Shown here piece after piece: positions 1 through 9,593 of a DNA stretch of 64,000 bases. Source of the stretch: a virus; IMG/VR virus record IMGVR_UViG_3300035670_010691, positions 1 through 64,000 of that record, one strand, 5' to 3'. How positions within the stretch are numbered: position 1 is the first letter of the stretch; every line of letters starts with the position of its first letter. A model generated the notes under the pieces. It had not been told where the DNA came from. It ran no database searches and saw only the letters and a list, made by a program, of their open reading frames with translations. The translations under genes were made by a program, and so were the position numbers.

Positions 1-2
1 AA

Positions 3-833
3 ATTAACGAGATGGTTGAGAATGGATTTTGGACTCCACTTGTTTACCAATCATATAATTTTAACACAGGTGAGTTGGTTTTTAATTCAAGTGGGGCTGA
101 ATATACAAACAAATCTATTGAAAAGGCATACGAAAATCAAAATATTGAAAACAAGATTGTTAAGAAGTGTGCTGAATTACAAGACAGAAAATCTATATTA
201 ATTGCTGTTCCAACAATAGAACAAGCAACTAAATTAGCTCAAAGAATACCCAATGCCGCAGTAGTAACGGGAGACACACCAAAACCAGAACGAGACCGAA
301 TAATTACTGAGTTTAAGAACCGACAGTTAAGAGTAGTAGTTCAGGTAAATGTCTTAACAGTCGGGTTTGACTACCCTGAATTGGATTGTTTAATTACAGG
401 CCGCCCCACCGCGAGTATCTCATGGTGGTATCAGTTTGTCGGTAGAGGAACTCGTATCCACCCCGACAAAGAAAACTGTTTAGTAGTTGATTTTGTTGGT
501 TCATTAGACAGGTTCGGTAAAGTAGAAGACCTTTATTACAAAGAAGACGATGACGAAAATTGGGAACTTTATGGTGAGAATAAAAAACAAATTACAGGTA
601 TTCCAATTCACGAAATCGGTTTTCATTTAGAGGGTGGTATTGATATTACCAAGAAAGTTAATGAAGACGGTGATGAGGAAAAAGTATATATGACTTTCGG
701 TAAGTATAAAGGAAAACCAGTCCGTTCAATTCCACCATATTACCGTAAATGGTTGCTTGACAATATCACTTGGAATCCTTATAATATAAAGATAAAAGAA
801 GAAATACTAAGATTAGAAGAAATAAAATTATGA
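3..833 (+). CDS. SF2 (DEAD/DEAH-like, UvsW/RadD-type) helicase, C-terminal part, truncated by window start; ends in an FGKYKG-type small domain
   Basis: Helicase-C motifs VLTVGFDYPELD and QFVGRGTR; MTFGKYKG..IPPYYRKWL at the C-terminus; frame is open back to position 3. Confidence 0.85.
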   Translation: MNEMVENGFWTPLVYQSYNFNTGELVFNSSGAEYTNKSIEKAYENQNIENKIVKKCAELQDRKSILIAVPTIEQATKLAQRIPNAAVVTGDTPKPERDRIITEFKNRQLRVVVQVNVLTVGFDYPELDCLITGRPTASISWWYQFVGRGTRIHPDKENCLVVDFVGSLDRFGKVEDLYYKEDDDENWELYGENKKQITGIPIHEIGFHLEGGIDITKKVNEDGDEEKVYMTFGKYKGKPVRSIPPYYRKWLLDNITWNPYNIKIKEEILRLEEIKL

Positions 834-1816
834 ATAATTTAGATTTACAATATCAAAATCTACTACAAGATATTTTAGATAATGGAGTAGAAAAAGAAAC
901 TAGAAATGGAAAAACACTTTCTATTTTTGGTTACCAAATAAGACATCAGATGGCTGAAGGATTCCCACTTCTTACTACAAAGAAAATGGCCATCGGTTCT
1001 GTGATGGCTGAACTAAAATGGTTTCTGAAAGGAAGAACAGATGTTCGTTATCTCAACGAAAATGGTTGTAATATCTGGAATGGTGATGCCTTTAAGTATT
1101 ATTTGGATGCAACTTCTACTTTAAGAACGTCTTATCAAGATGAATATAAACTCCCCAATACTATGAAAGAGTTTATTGAAAGAATTAAAACAGACGATGC
1201 TTTTAATGATGAGTGGGGATATTTAGGCCCTATCTATGGTAAGCAATGGAGAGATTGGAATGGAATAGACCAAATCAAAAATCTAATAGAACAATTAAAA
1301 ACAAATCCAGATAGTAGAAGATTGGTGGTCAGTGCATGGAATGTAAATGACCTTCCCTATATGACTTTACCACCTTGCCATTACGGCTTTCAAGTATACA
1401 CGAGAGAACTTTCTATACAAGAAAGAATGAGATTAGGTAATTTTGAGTTGGGTGAAGTAGTAAATGATGAAATGTGTGATAAACAAAATATACCTCAAAG
1501 AGCAATATCTCTAATGTTCAATATGAGAAGTAATGATGTTCCTCTTGGACTTCCATTCAATCTTGCATCCTATGGTATGCTTTTGGAACTTTTAGGTAAA
1601 GAAGTGAACATGATTCCTGATGAATTGATTTGTAATTTAGGTGATGTTCATATTTACGTTAATCAAGTTGAAGGAGTTATGGATCAGTTAGGTAGAGTAC
1701 CTTTTGAGTTACCTACCGTAAAAGTATCTAATGTAGATATTTTAAATGGTGAGTTTGATTACCAAATTCAAAACTATCAATCTCACCCGTCAATAAAGAT
1801 ACCATTATCAAATTAA
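830..1816 (+). CDS. thyA: Thymidylate synthase
   Basis: FPLLTTKK, GPIYGKQWR, PDSRR, LPPCH (catalytic Cys), RSNDVPLGLPFN, HIY motifs. Confidence 0.97.
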   Translation: MNNLDLQYQNLLQDILDNGVEKETRNGKTLSIFGYQIRHQMAEGFPLLTTKKMAIGSVMAELKWFLKGRTDVRYLNENGCNIWNGDAFKYYLDATSTLRTSYQDEYKLPNTMKEFIERIKTDDAFNDEWGYLGPIYGKQWRDWNGIDQIKNLIEQLKTNPDSRRLVVSAWNVNDLPYMTLPPCHYGFQVYTRELSIQERMRLGNFELGEVVNDEMCDKQNIPQRAISLMFNMRSNDVPLGLPFNLASYGMLLELLGKEVNMIPDELICNLGDVHIYVNQVEGVMDQLGRVPFELPTVKVSNVDILNGEFDYQIQNYQSHPSIKIPLSN

Positions 1817-1843
1817 AACTTATTATAGGAGAAAGGCTATGAA

Positions 1844-2188
1844 TTGGAAACAATTTCACATCATTTTTTGTTAGAGTTAAATGGAGTAAATTCTAAAATT
1901 TTGGATAATTTAGAATATATTCAAGAAGGAATGGTAAGTTGTGTTAGAGAAAGTGGGGCAACTTATATTAATGATAACTTTCATAAATTTTCACCACAAG
2001 GAGTTTCGGGTATTATTTTAATTGCAGAATCTCATGTTAGCATCCACACTTGGCCAGAAAGTGAGTATGCCGCACTTGATGTTTTTACTTGTGGTGATTT
2101 TAAAATAGGTCAAAATATTACAAGAAATTTAATTGATTTGTTTTCACCGACAAAATATACAAATCAATATATTAAAAGAGGTATTTAA
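1844..2188 (+). CDS. speD: S-adenosylmethionine decarboxylase proenzyme (TTG start)
   Basis: HKFSPQGVSG, IAESHVSIHTWPE (E-S self-cleavage site), DVFTCG. Confidence 0.95.
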   Translation: METISHHFLLELNGVNSKILDNLEYIQEGMVSCVRESGATYINDNFHKFSPQGVSGIILIAESHVSIHTWPESEYAALDVFTCGDFKIGQNITRNLIDLFSPTKYTNQYIKRGI

Positions 2189-2388
2189 TGGAAAATTTAT
2201 ATAAAGAAATATTATACATTAAAATGAAGGAACATCAAACACAAGAAGATAAAGAAAAAATACAAAAATTGCAACAAGAAATAGATTTCTTACAAAAAAA
2301 AAGTGAGAAAAAAATTATGGATTTACCCGACATGGGTTATATGGAATGGTTAGAATATAAGGAAAAGGAAAATGAAAAAAAAATATAA
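2188..2388 (+). CDS. Hypothetical protein
   Basis: ORF coupled to speD (TAATG overlap) and overlapping the next gene. Confidence 0.6.
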   Translation: MENLYKEILYIKMKEHQTQEDKEKIQKLQQEIDFLQKKSEKKIMDLPDMGYMEWLEYKEKENEKKI

Positions 2389-2845
2389 AGTTATGTTGAT
2401 AAGTGGGGGATTTGATCCTGTTCATAAAGGACATATTGAAGCCCTTAATCGTGGAAAAGAATTGGCAGATGAATTATGGGTCGGGTTAAACTCAGATTTC
2501 TGGCTAAAAAACAAAAAAGGTAAATTTTTTATGGATAGTGAAGAACGGAAATTTATCATAGAAAATTTAAAATGTGTTGACCATGTTTATGTAATGAATC
2601 CAAGAATACCTGATGACACTACGGCAATTGATTTTATAGACCATTCAATAAACAGATATAAAAGATTATATGGTGAATATAAAATCGGTGATCTGGCCTT
2701 TGGAAACGGAGGAGACAGATTACCAACTGATAATGTTGAAACTGAAACTTGTAGGTCATTGGGTATTGATCTTGTTTGGGGACTTGGTGATAAGATTCAA
2801 TCATCATCTTGGTTGTTGGAAAAATATTCCAATTCAGCAACTTGA
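2372..2845 (+). CDS. Cytidylyltransferase-like nucleotidyltransferase (TagD/RfaE domain II family)
   Basis: SGGFDPVHKGH (HIGH-type motif), VGLNSD, FGNGGDR, KIQSSS. Confidence 0.88.
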   Translation: MKKKYKVMLISGGFDPVHKGHIEALNRGKELADELWVGLNSDFWLKNKKGKFFMDSEERKFIIENLKCVDHVYVMNPRIPDDTTAIDFIDHSINRYKRLYGEYKIGDLAFGNGGDRLPTDNVETETCRSLGIDLVWGLGDKIQSSSWLLEKYSNSAT

Positions 2846-2870
2846 CATTTAAAAAATAAATGTTTATATT
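2842..2870 (+). promoter_or_regulatory. Sigma70-type early promoter TTGACA-N17-TATATT
   Basis: TTGACA 2842-2847, 17 nt spacer, TATATT 2865-2870, upstream of def; same layout as 28107-28135. Confidence 0.75.
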
Positions 2871-2905
2871 ATAATATACTTAACTAAAATATCAAAAATT
2901 ATTTT

Positions 2906-3526
2906 ATGAAATTAAACAAAAACAAAGAATCTCTCCGAAGAGAAGTAAATCAATCTCAATTTACACAAGAACAAATTGACAACATTTCAAATACATTAGA
3001 AAAGAGTTTGAGGCGATTTGGTGGAATTGGAATGTCTGCAAATCAACTTGGATTGCCATACCGTGCTTGTATTATAAATGTTAAAGAACCTCTGGTTTTA
3101 ATCAATCCAAGGATAGTTGAAACGAGTCAGGAAAGTGTTGTATATAGAGAATCTTGTCTTTCTATCCCAAGAACAATGAGAAGTCCTGTTAATACTATCA
3201 GATATAAAACATTTACAGTAGAATGTGACAATTTGGGAACTGTATTATTTTCACCTGATAAAGAAAATTGGGAAACACCTGAAGATTTTTGGAATGATGA
3301 GGGAATGTTAGAGTGTGTGGTTGCTCAACACGAATTAGACCACTTAAATGGTATTCTAATTACAGATATTGAAAGAAGATATAACAGAACATACAAATCA
3401 ACCACTCCCAAAAGAAATGAACGAGTTATGGTTAGATTAGAAGACGGGTCAACCGAGTTCGTTAAATATAAATTTGTTCGTAATAGCAAGGGTGAATTTA
3501 ACTCACCATTTGTTGAAATCCTTTAA
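2906..3526 (+). CDS. def: Peptide deformylase
   Basis: GIGMSANQ (motif 1), ESCLS (motif 2 variant), QHELDHLNG (HEXXH motif 3). Confidence 0.93.
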   Translation: MKLNKNKESLRREVNQSQFTQEQIDNISNTLEKSLRRFGGIGMSANQLGLPYRACIINVKEPLVLINPRIVETSQESVVYRESCLSIPRTMRSPVNTIRYKTFTVECDNLGTVLFSPDKENWETPEDFWNDEGMLECVVAQHELDHLNGILITDIERRYNRTYKSTTPKRNERVMVRLEDGSTEFVKYKFVRNSKGEFNSPFVEIL

Positions 3527-3538
3527 AAAGTATTAAAT

Positions 3539-3796
3539 ATGGCAAAACTTATATTTATTTTAAATGAAGAACACAATCGTGAAGCTTCAAAAATAGAATT
3601 CACAGTTCCTGATGATATGAATATTCAGGAATATAAAGTTATGTGTGTGAGATTGGCATCATCTTTGGGGTATACAAACAATTCAATCAAAAAAGCCTTT
3701 GGTGATTTAATTTATGGAGATGATGAGCCGGAGACAATTAGACAATTACTAAATGAACTCAATATCAACCCAAATAATAGAAAAACTCTTAAATAG
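3539..3796 (+). CDS. Hypothetical protein
   Basis: ORF in a tightly packed operon. Confidence 0.65.
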   Translation: MAKLIFILNEEHNREASKIEFTVPDDMNIQEYKVMCVRLASSLGYTNNSIKKAFGDLIYGDDEPETIRQLLNELNINPNNRKTLK

Positions 3797-3998
3797 GATT
3801 CTTGAACAAGAAATAATCAATCAAACTTTATGTGAAGTTATAGTTGATTATGGTATTATTTCAAAAGAAGACCTTCAAGAAAGAGTTAAAGTTAATGTAA
3901 ATTTTATGCGTGAAAAAGTTGATGTTATGATAAAAAATGTAGAAACCGCGGAAAAAATACCATTTATTCCGTATTTTGGAAAGCCAGGCGAGGCCTGA
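3753..3998 (+). CDS. Hypothetical protein
   Basis: ORF overlapping the upstream gene by 44 nt. Confidence 0.55.
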   Translation: MNSISTQIIEKLLNRILEQEIINQTLCEVIVDYGIISKEDLQERVKVNVNFMREKVDVMIKNVETAEKIPFIPYFGKPGEA

Positions 3999-4043
3999 TT
4001 CTATATTTTTTATTTTTTTAATTTATTCAAACGGAGAAATTCT

Positions 4044-4553
4044 ATGAATAATAAAAAACTTATATATAGTATTATTTTTTTATTTATTGCAGTATTTACC
4101 ACCTCAAGATTAATTTTAAGTTATGATATAAAAATTGATGAAGATTTAGAAAATTTTGAAATTTTAGATGAATCACAAACTGATGAATATTATAAAGACT
4201 TGTTAAACGCATTAATTGAAGTTGAATCAAATGGAAATCCAAGAGCAGTTGGTGATACTCATTTAAAAGGAGGGCCATCTATTGGGATTTTACAGATTAG
4301 ACCAGTAATGGTTGACGATGTAAATAGAATTTTGAGACTTCAAGGTAAACCAAAACGATATACGTATTCAGACAGATATGATGAAGAAAAATCGGTTGAA
4401 ATGTTTTTAATATTTGTTGATTACTATCATGGTGGGTTTGATGACTATGAAGCAATTGCAAGAACATGGAATGGTGGTCCTAATGGACTTCAAAAAAAAT
4501 CAACTGATAAATATTGGAATAAAGTAAATAATCACTTAGAAATAGCACCATAA
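4044..4553 (+). CDS. Lysozyme-like/lytic transglycosylase with N-terminal transmembrane anchor
   Basis: Hydrophobic residues 6-25; ALIEVESNGNPRAVGD (catalytic Glu), GILQI, ARTWNGGP; GGAG ribosome binding site upstream. Confidence 0.75.
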   Translation: MNNKKLIYSIIFLFIAVFTTSRLILSYDIKIDEDLENFEILDESQTDEYYKDLLNALIEVESNGNPRAVGDTHLKGGPSIGILQIRPVMVDDVNRILRLQGKPKRYTYSDRYDEEKSVEMFLIFVDYYHGGFDDYEAIARTWNGGPNGLQKKSTDKYWNKVNNHLEIAP

Positions 4554-4813
4554 TGATACTTGAAATAATTACAGTAATACTAACTCTCTCTACCCTTACT
4601 CTTTTATTTATTGTTCGAAATTTACTTTTGCAGAACGAACAATTAGAGGATACTCTTATAGAAACACTTGAAGACATTCAAATTAAAATTGAAAAGGCCT
4701 ACGAAGATATGCAGAATGCAGACTTACGTGGTTCTTTTGAATCCGATGATGAAGTTGGATCATCTTTTAAAGAAATTAAAGATATTATAGAAAATCTTAA
4801 AAATATTATATGA
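4553..4813 (+). CDS. Single-TM membrane protein with acidic coiled coil
   Basis: Hydrophobic N-terminal ~21 aa; coupled to the lysozyme gene. Confidence 0.65.
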   Translation: MILEIITVILTLSTLTLLFIVRNLLLQNEQLEDTLIETLEDIQIKIEKAYEDMQNADLRGSFESDDEVGSSFKEIKDIIENLKNII

Positions 4814-5583
4814 TAAAACAAAGAAAGAAAAAATCAAAAGTTTATTTTGGAAGTGAAGCACAACAAGCGATTATAGAGTATAATAAAACAAAAGACCCAT
4901 ACAAACGTTCAAAAATATATCAAGAAAGGATTAAATATCCTTTTGAAAAACTTGCAGAAAACGTAATTAATACGTTTAAGTTTCAATATTTTGATGTTTC
5001 AAAGGAAGATATACAAGTTGAAGTTGTTTCAACAATGGTTGAAAAACTCCATATGTATAAAGAAGGAAAAGGTCGAGCTTTTTCATATTTTACTATTGTT
5101 GCAAAAAATCACTTGATTCTTAAAAACAATGGAAATTATAAAAGGTGGAAGAAAAACGCTCTTATCTCTGAAATGCCCTCAACTTGGAATCCTGAAAATG
5201 ATTTTTATGAAGAAGAGGAGGCAACAGAGTTTAAGGAATTCAAAGATTTAATGTTAGAATATTGGGATAGAAATTTGACCCATGTTTTTTCAAAAAAAAG
5301 GGATATTCAAATAGCGGACGCAGTATTAGAGTTATTCAGAAGGTCTGATTATATTGAAAACTTTAATAAAAAACATTTATATCTTTTAATCAGAGAAATG
5401 ACTGATTGTAAAACTCATTATATTACCAAAGTTGTAAATGTAATGAAAGAACATCAAAAAATACTATTAAATCAATATTTAGAGTATGGTGATATAAAAA
5501 ATGGTAAAAACATTTTTTGGAGTGGAAGTAATTCTTTTGATGATGATTATTTTGACAGTGAAGATTATTTAGGTTATGATTGA
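4810..5583 (+). CDS. Phage RNA polymerase sigma factor, T4 gp55-like (late transcription)
   Basis: Sigma region-2-like segment KLAENVI...EDIQVEVV...KGRAFSYFTIVAKNHLI resembles the gp55 AFAYFT motif; acidic tail. Confidence 0.65.
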   Translation: MIKQRKKKSKVYFGSEAQQAIIEYNKTKDPYKRSKIYQERIKYPFEKLAENVINTFKFQYFDVSKEDIQVEVVSTMVEKLHMYKEGKGRAFSYFTIVAKNHLILKNNGNYKRWKKNALISEMPSTWNPENDFYEEEEATEFKEFKDLMLEYWDRNLTHVFSKKRDIQIADAVLELFRRSDYIENFNKKHLYLLIREMTDCKTHYITKVVNVMKEHQKILLNQYLEYGDIKNGKNIFWSGSNSFDDDYFDSEDYLGYD

Positions 5584-7288
5584 TAAATATATACTTGGAA
5601 TTTCTGCTGGTTATCATGATTCAGCAGCAGCATTAATTAAAAATGGAATAGTTTTAGGAGCAGTAGAAGAAGAACGATTTACAGGAATAAAACATGACTC
5701 TTCATTTCCTTCTAATTCAATTAATTGGTTATTAAATAATAATTCAATAACTGGTTCTGATATCTATGCCATTTGTTTCTATGAAAATCCATTTGAAAAA
5801 CTTGATAGAATCGAAAAGTCATTACAAAGGGGTGGGTTTAAAAATTTATTTAAAAGAAATTCAATATATTCAAGAAATAAAAATCAAATATCAGAACATC
5901 AAAAATTGATGACTGATATAACACGCGATGATGTTAAAATTGTTTATGGAAGTCATCATCACTCTCACGCTGCATATGCATATTACACATCACCTTTTGA
6001 AAAGTCAGCAATTCTTTCAGTAGATGGTGTGGGTGAATGGGATACCACTGCTTTATTTTATGCAGAATCGAATGTAATAAGTAAAATTGAATCAATTAAA
6101 TTTCCCCATTCGTTGGGTATGTTATATTCAACAATTACCGCATTTTTGGGTTTTAAACCAAATGAAGGTGAATATAAAGTTATGGGACTTGCACCTTATG
6201 GTGATTATAAAAAATATCTTTCTAAATTTTCAAAGTTAATTACACCAACAGATGACGGTGGTTTTAAAATTAATATGAAGTATTTTACGTATGATTGGTC
6301 TGATGAGAATATGTTTAATCAAAAATTAATTGATGTTTTAGGAATTTCAAATAGATTACCAGAAGACCCGATTACACAAGATCACAAAGATTTAGCTGCA
6401 ACTCTTCAACATGAATATGAGCACTACTTTTTTAGACTACTAAATAAATTATATGTTAATAATCCAACACATAATCTTTGCCTTAGCGGGGGATGTGTTT
6501 ATAATGGAACTGCAAATGGTAAAATTTTAGAAAAAACAAATTATAAAAATATATGGATTCCACCTGCACCATCTGACGCTGGTTCGGCAATTGGAGCTGC
6601 TCTTTTTTATTATTACACAGAGTCGGGTATTAAAGATAGACCTGAAAACGTCAATCCTTTTTTAGGACCGTATTGGTCTAATGAAACGGTATTACCTATA
6701 TTAGAAAAGTATAAAGATTACATCTATTATGAGTTTAAAAATAATAGTGAAATAATTCCAATTATAAGTAAAGAAATAACAGATGGAAATGTTGTTGGTT
6801 GGTTCGAAGGTAGAATGGAATTTGGTTCTCGTGCTCTTGGTAATCGTTCAATTTTAGCAAATCCACGTGACCCGCAAATGAAACAACGATTGAATAGAGT
6901 TGTAAAAAAACGTGAAGGATTCCGTCCATTTGCACCTATTGTTAAAGAAGAAGAATTAACAAAATATTTTGATTATAAGTTTCCAGTTCCTTACATGAAT
7001 CAAGTTGTAAAGGTTAAAGAAGAACATAGAAGTTATTTACCTGCAATAACTCACGTAGATGGTAGTGCACGAATACAAACTGTAAATATGAAACAACATA
7101 GAAGAATGTATGCACTTCTTAAACAATTAAATGTTGATAATGGATATCCAATAGTTTTAAACACTTCATTTAATTTAAAAGACCAAACGATGGTTTTAGA
7201 TCCAGAAACGGCAATTAAAACTTTTTTAAATTGTGAAATGGATATACTTGTAGTTCATAATTACATAATAAAAAAGAACGTAGTTTGA
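5576..7288 (+). CDS. O-carbamoyltransferase, NodU/CmcH/TobZ family
   Basis: LGISAGYHDSAAAL, EEERF, HHHSHAA, DGVGE, EYKVMGLAPYG, SGGCVYN, DAGSAIG, EFGSRALGNRS, RPFAP, HVDGSAR, NTSFN. Confidence 0.95.
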   Translation: MIDKYILGISAGYHDSAAALIKNGIVLGAVEEERFTGIKHDSSFPSNSINWLLNNNSITGSDIYAICFYENPFEKLDRIEKSLQRGGFKNLFKRNSIYSRNKNQISEHQKLMTDITRDDVKIVYGSHHHSHAAYAYYTSPFEKSAILSVDGVGEWDTTALFYAESNVISKIESIKFPHSLGMLYSTITAFLGFKPNEGEYKVMGLAPYGDYKKYLSKFSKLITPTDDGGFKINMKYFTYDWSDENMFNQKLIDVLGISNRLPEDPITQDHKDLAATLQHEYEHYFFRLLNKLYVNNPTHNLCLSGGCVYNGTANGKILEKTNYKNIWIPPAPSDAGSAIGAALFYYYTESGIKDRPENVNPFLGPYWSNETVLPILEKYKDYIYYEFKNNSEIIPIISKEITDGNVVGWFEGRMEFGSRALGNRSILANPRDPQMKQRLNRVVKKREGFRPFAPIVKEEELTKYFDYKFPVPYMNQVVKVKEEHRSYLPAITHVDGSARIQTVNMKQHRRMYALLKQLNVDNGYPIVLNTSFNLKDQTMVLDPETAIKTFLNCEMDILVVHNYIIKKNVV

Positions 7289-7292
7289 TTTT

Positions 7293-7320
7293 AAAAACCT
7301 CCAATCGGAGGTTTTTTTGT
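7293..7320 (+). terminator. Rho-independent terminator
   Basis: AAAAACCTCC-AATC-GGAGGTTTTT hairpin with U-tract just after the carbamoyltransferase stop. Confidence 0.85.
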
Positions 7321-7325
7321 TTTGG

Positions 7326-7334
7326 ATATTTATA
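7326..7334 (+). promoter_or_regulatory. Putative late promoter motif ATATTTATA
   Basis: Directly after the terminator and 19 nt before ATG 7354; recurs before other structural genes. Confidence 0.6.
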
Positions 7335-7353
7335 TAATAAAAACAATAATTTT

Positions 7354-7764
7354 ATGAGTGTAAATTTTGAATTATTTCCAGGAAAAGATTTAAGTGGTCT
7401 TTTTAAGGATATTTACGACAATCAACAAAATAAAAAACAAAGAATATCTGAACTTATTGCGGAGATGAAAAAGGTTATCCGTCATGCAGGAGATATGGCA
7501 GTCATCGGGCCAATTATAAAAGATTTGGTAGATACATCAGTTAAAAATGATGAGTCGTTGATTAAAATGGCTGCAATTGCTCAAAGATTAATTTCGTCAC
7601 AAGCCAAATCAGAAGGAGATGAGGGGTTTTTGTCTGAAAAAGAAAAAGAACAATTATTGAATGAACTCCAAATTACCATGTCTGAAGTAAAAGAGGAAAA
7701 CGAAGAAAGAGTTGATGAATTAACAAACGAGGTTGAGGAAATAAAACAAAAGTTGGGAAAATAA
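7354..7764 (+). CDS. Helical/coiled-coil hypothetical protein (start revised from 7285 to 7354)
   Basis: The longer ORF start would run through the terminator; ATG 7354 follows the late motif. Confidence 0.7.
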   Translation: MSVNFELFPGKDLSGLFKDIYDNQQNKKQRISELIAEMKKVIRHAGDMAVIGPIIKDLVDTSVKNDESLIKMAAIAQRLISSQAKSEGDEGFLSEKEKEQLLNELQITMSEVKEENEERVDELTNEVEEIKQKLGK

Positions 7765-7765
7765 A

Positions 7766-9007
7766 ATGTCAATAAGATTACAACAATCTGATAGAAGTGC
7801 TAGCTTTAAAACAAAAAAAGAAAATAATTTTTCTGCAAAAGTTTGGGATGTTATCTTAGATGAAAATAATGAAAATGTCGATGATTTAGAAGGAAGTGAA
7901 ACTGAGTCTAAAAATACGGCAATAGTTGGTTATGTTATAGTAAGAAAGGCAGATGATTCATTTACCGCTGACACAAGTTTAATTAGTTACCCCCCTCTAT
8001 TCCCCGATGAGGGTATTCCCTTGAGAGGTGAAACTGTTGATTTAGTAGAAATTGGAAATAGAAAATATTATAAAAGAAAAACAAATTCCAATTTAAATTT
8101 AGGTAACACTAATTCAACAAATTTTTTTAATAAAAAAGAAGATACCACTTCAAGTTCAACTTATAGCCAAAGTTCTTCAACAAAGTCACCACAGGGTGGT
8201 TCATCGGCGAATGAACCAAAAATTCCCGGTGAATATTTTAGTGAGCAACAAGTTAATCCTCTTAAATTATATGAGGGTGATAAATTATTACAATCACGAT
8301 TTGGTCAATCTATAAGATTTAGTGGATATAATAATGCAGATAATTCCTTTTCTCCAACAATACTAATTAGAAACAGACAAAATTCAGAAATAGAACAAGG
8401 AAGTTCTAAATCAAAATTAATTGAAGAAGACGTAAATAAAGATGGTTCAATTATAGCAATTACATCAGGTGACTATGAAATTAAACTTTCTCCTGGAACA
8501 TTAGATGATAATGGTTCTCAAAAAATGGAAACAACTCCAAAAGTTTTTGAATCATTTCCAAGTGAATTTAAAGGTTTAGACCAAATTTTAATTAACACGG
8601 GTAGATTAATTCTTTCTTCCAAAACAGATGAAATGATTTTCTTTTCAAAGGGAAATTATGGTTTTATTTCTGACGGTAAGTTTTCAATAGATAATGGAAA
8701 AGCTGGAGCGGAGTTAGATTTTAACGGTGAGTTTCGTATGACGATGAATGATAATCCAACTTATTTGTTGGGTCAGGGAACTTCGGGTAAAATATTTTTA
8801 AATATTGAGGCAGAAGATGAGCCATTAGTAAGAGGTGAAACTTTAAAAAAATTACTAACACAGTTGATAGATGAAATTTTAAAAATGGTTTGGGCCACAC
8901 CCGCTGGGCCGACTTCACCTGGTCCCCTTCCACCTCACGTTCAAAAACTTAATCAAATTAAAAAAGATTTACAAACTATGTTGTCTACTACAAACTTCAC
9001 GGAGTAG
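7766..9007 (+). CDS. Putative baseplate hub/central spike protein (gp5/gpV-like)
   Basis: YEGDKLLQSRFGQSIRF, beta-rich C-terminal half, EPLVRGE...TPAGPT end; lies upstream of gp25/gp6 homologues. Confidence 0.5.
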   Translation: MSIRLQQSDRSASFKTKKENNFSAKVWDVILDENNENVDDLEGSETESKNTAIVGYVIVRKADDSFTADTSLISYPPLFPDEGIPLRGETVDLVEIGNRKYYKRKTNSNLNLGNTNSTNFFNKKEDTTSSSTYSQSSSTKSPQGGSSANEPKIPGEYFSEQQVNPLKLYEGDKLLQSRFGQSIRFSGYNNADNSFSPTILIRNRQNSEIEQGSSKSKLIEEDVNKDGSIIAITSGDYEIKLSPGTLDDNGSQKMETTPKVFESFPSEFKGLDQILINTGRLILSSKTDEMIFFSKGNYGFISDGKFSIDNGKAGAELDFNGEFRMTMNDNPTYLLGQGTSGKIFLNIEAEDEPLVRGETLKKLLTQLIDEILKMVWATPAGPTSPGPLPPHVQKLNQIKKDLQTMLSTTNFTE

Positions 9008-9009
9008 AT

Positions 9010-9573
9010 ATGTCTATATCAGCATTTAAAGCAAATTTAACAAATTATTTGAATAAACCTGAAAATGTAAAAGATTCGGATGATTTTGCAACTTTTTTAA
9101 CACGAGAATACGATACACTAATTAAGTCAGGATTTCAAACAATTAACTCTATACCAATAATGACTTCTAATGTTAGTGGTATGGAAAGTAATATAAAATC
9201 TGTATTAAAAGCAACACTTAATGTAACAGTTTCACCAACGCCAATAATTCAGAATTTGGGTCCTGGATTTATTACTTATTGGACCGGAGCTCAACTTTTA
9301 GCAGGACCTCCACCAATAATTCCCGCAATTGGTGCTGTTTCAAATGTTAGTAGTGTTTCAAATCCTGTTTTAAATCCTGGTACATGGGTAGTTCCGTCAC
9401 CTCAGGCTCCATCCGATAGTGTAAATCCATTTGTTTCTGTTTTAATTTCTACTATTCAAACTCATTTAACAACAATAAGTGGATTATACAATACACTTTC
9501 TATTTATCCCGCTCCTCCTGGGGCTCCACCGGCTCCAGGTGTTTTACCTTGGGTGGGTTACACCGTTCCTTAA
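9010..9573 (+). CDS. Pro-rich putative virion/baseplate protein
   Basis: Context next to the spike-like gene; Pro-rich C-terminus ending LPWVGYTVP. Confidence 0.55.
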   Translation: MSISAFKANLTNYLNKPENVKDSDDFATFLTREYDTLIKSGFQTINSIPIMTSNVSGMESNIKSVLKATLNVTVSPTPIIQNLGPGFITYWTGAQLLAGPPPIIPAIGAVSNVSSVSNPVLNPGTWVVPSPQAPSDSVNPFVSVLISTIQTHLTTISGLYNTLSIYPAPPGAPPAPGVLPWVGYTVP

Positions 9574-9593
9574 TTTAATAAAACAAATCTTAT

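Noticed and set aside
830-1816. thyA as a dCMP hydroxymethylase for base modification
   Set aside because: Retains canonical ThyA motifs including the Asn of PFN that specifies dUMP
7285-7353. N-terminal extension of the 7285-7764 ORF
   Set aside because: It overlaps the terminator hairpin and late motif; ATG 7354 is the more plausible start
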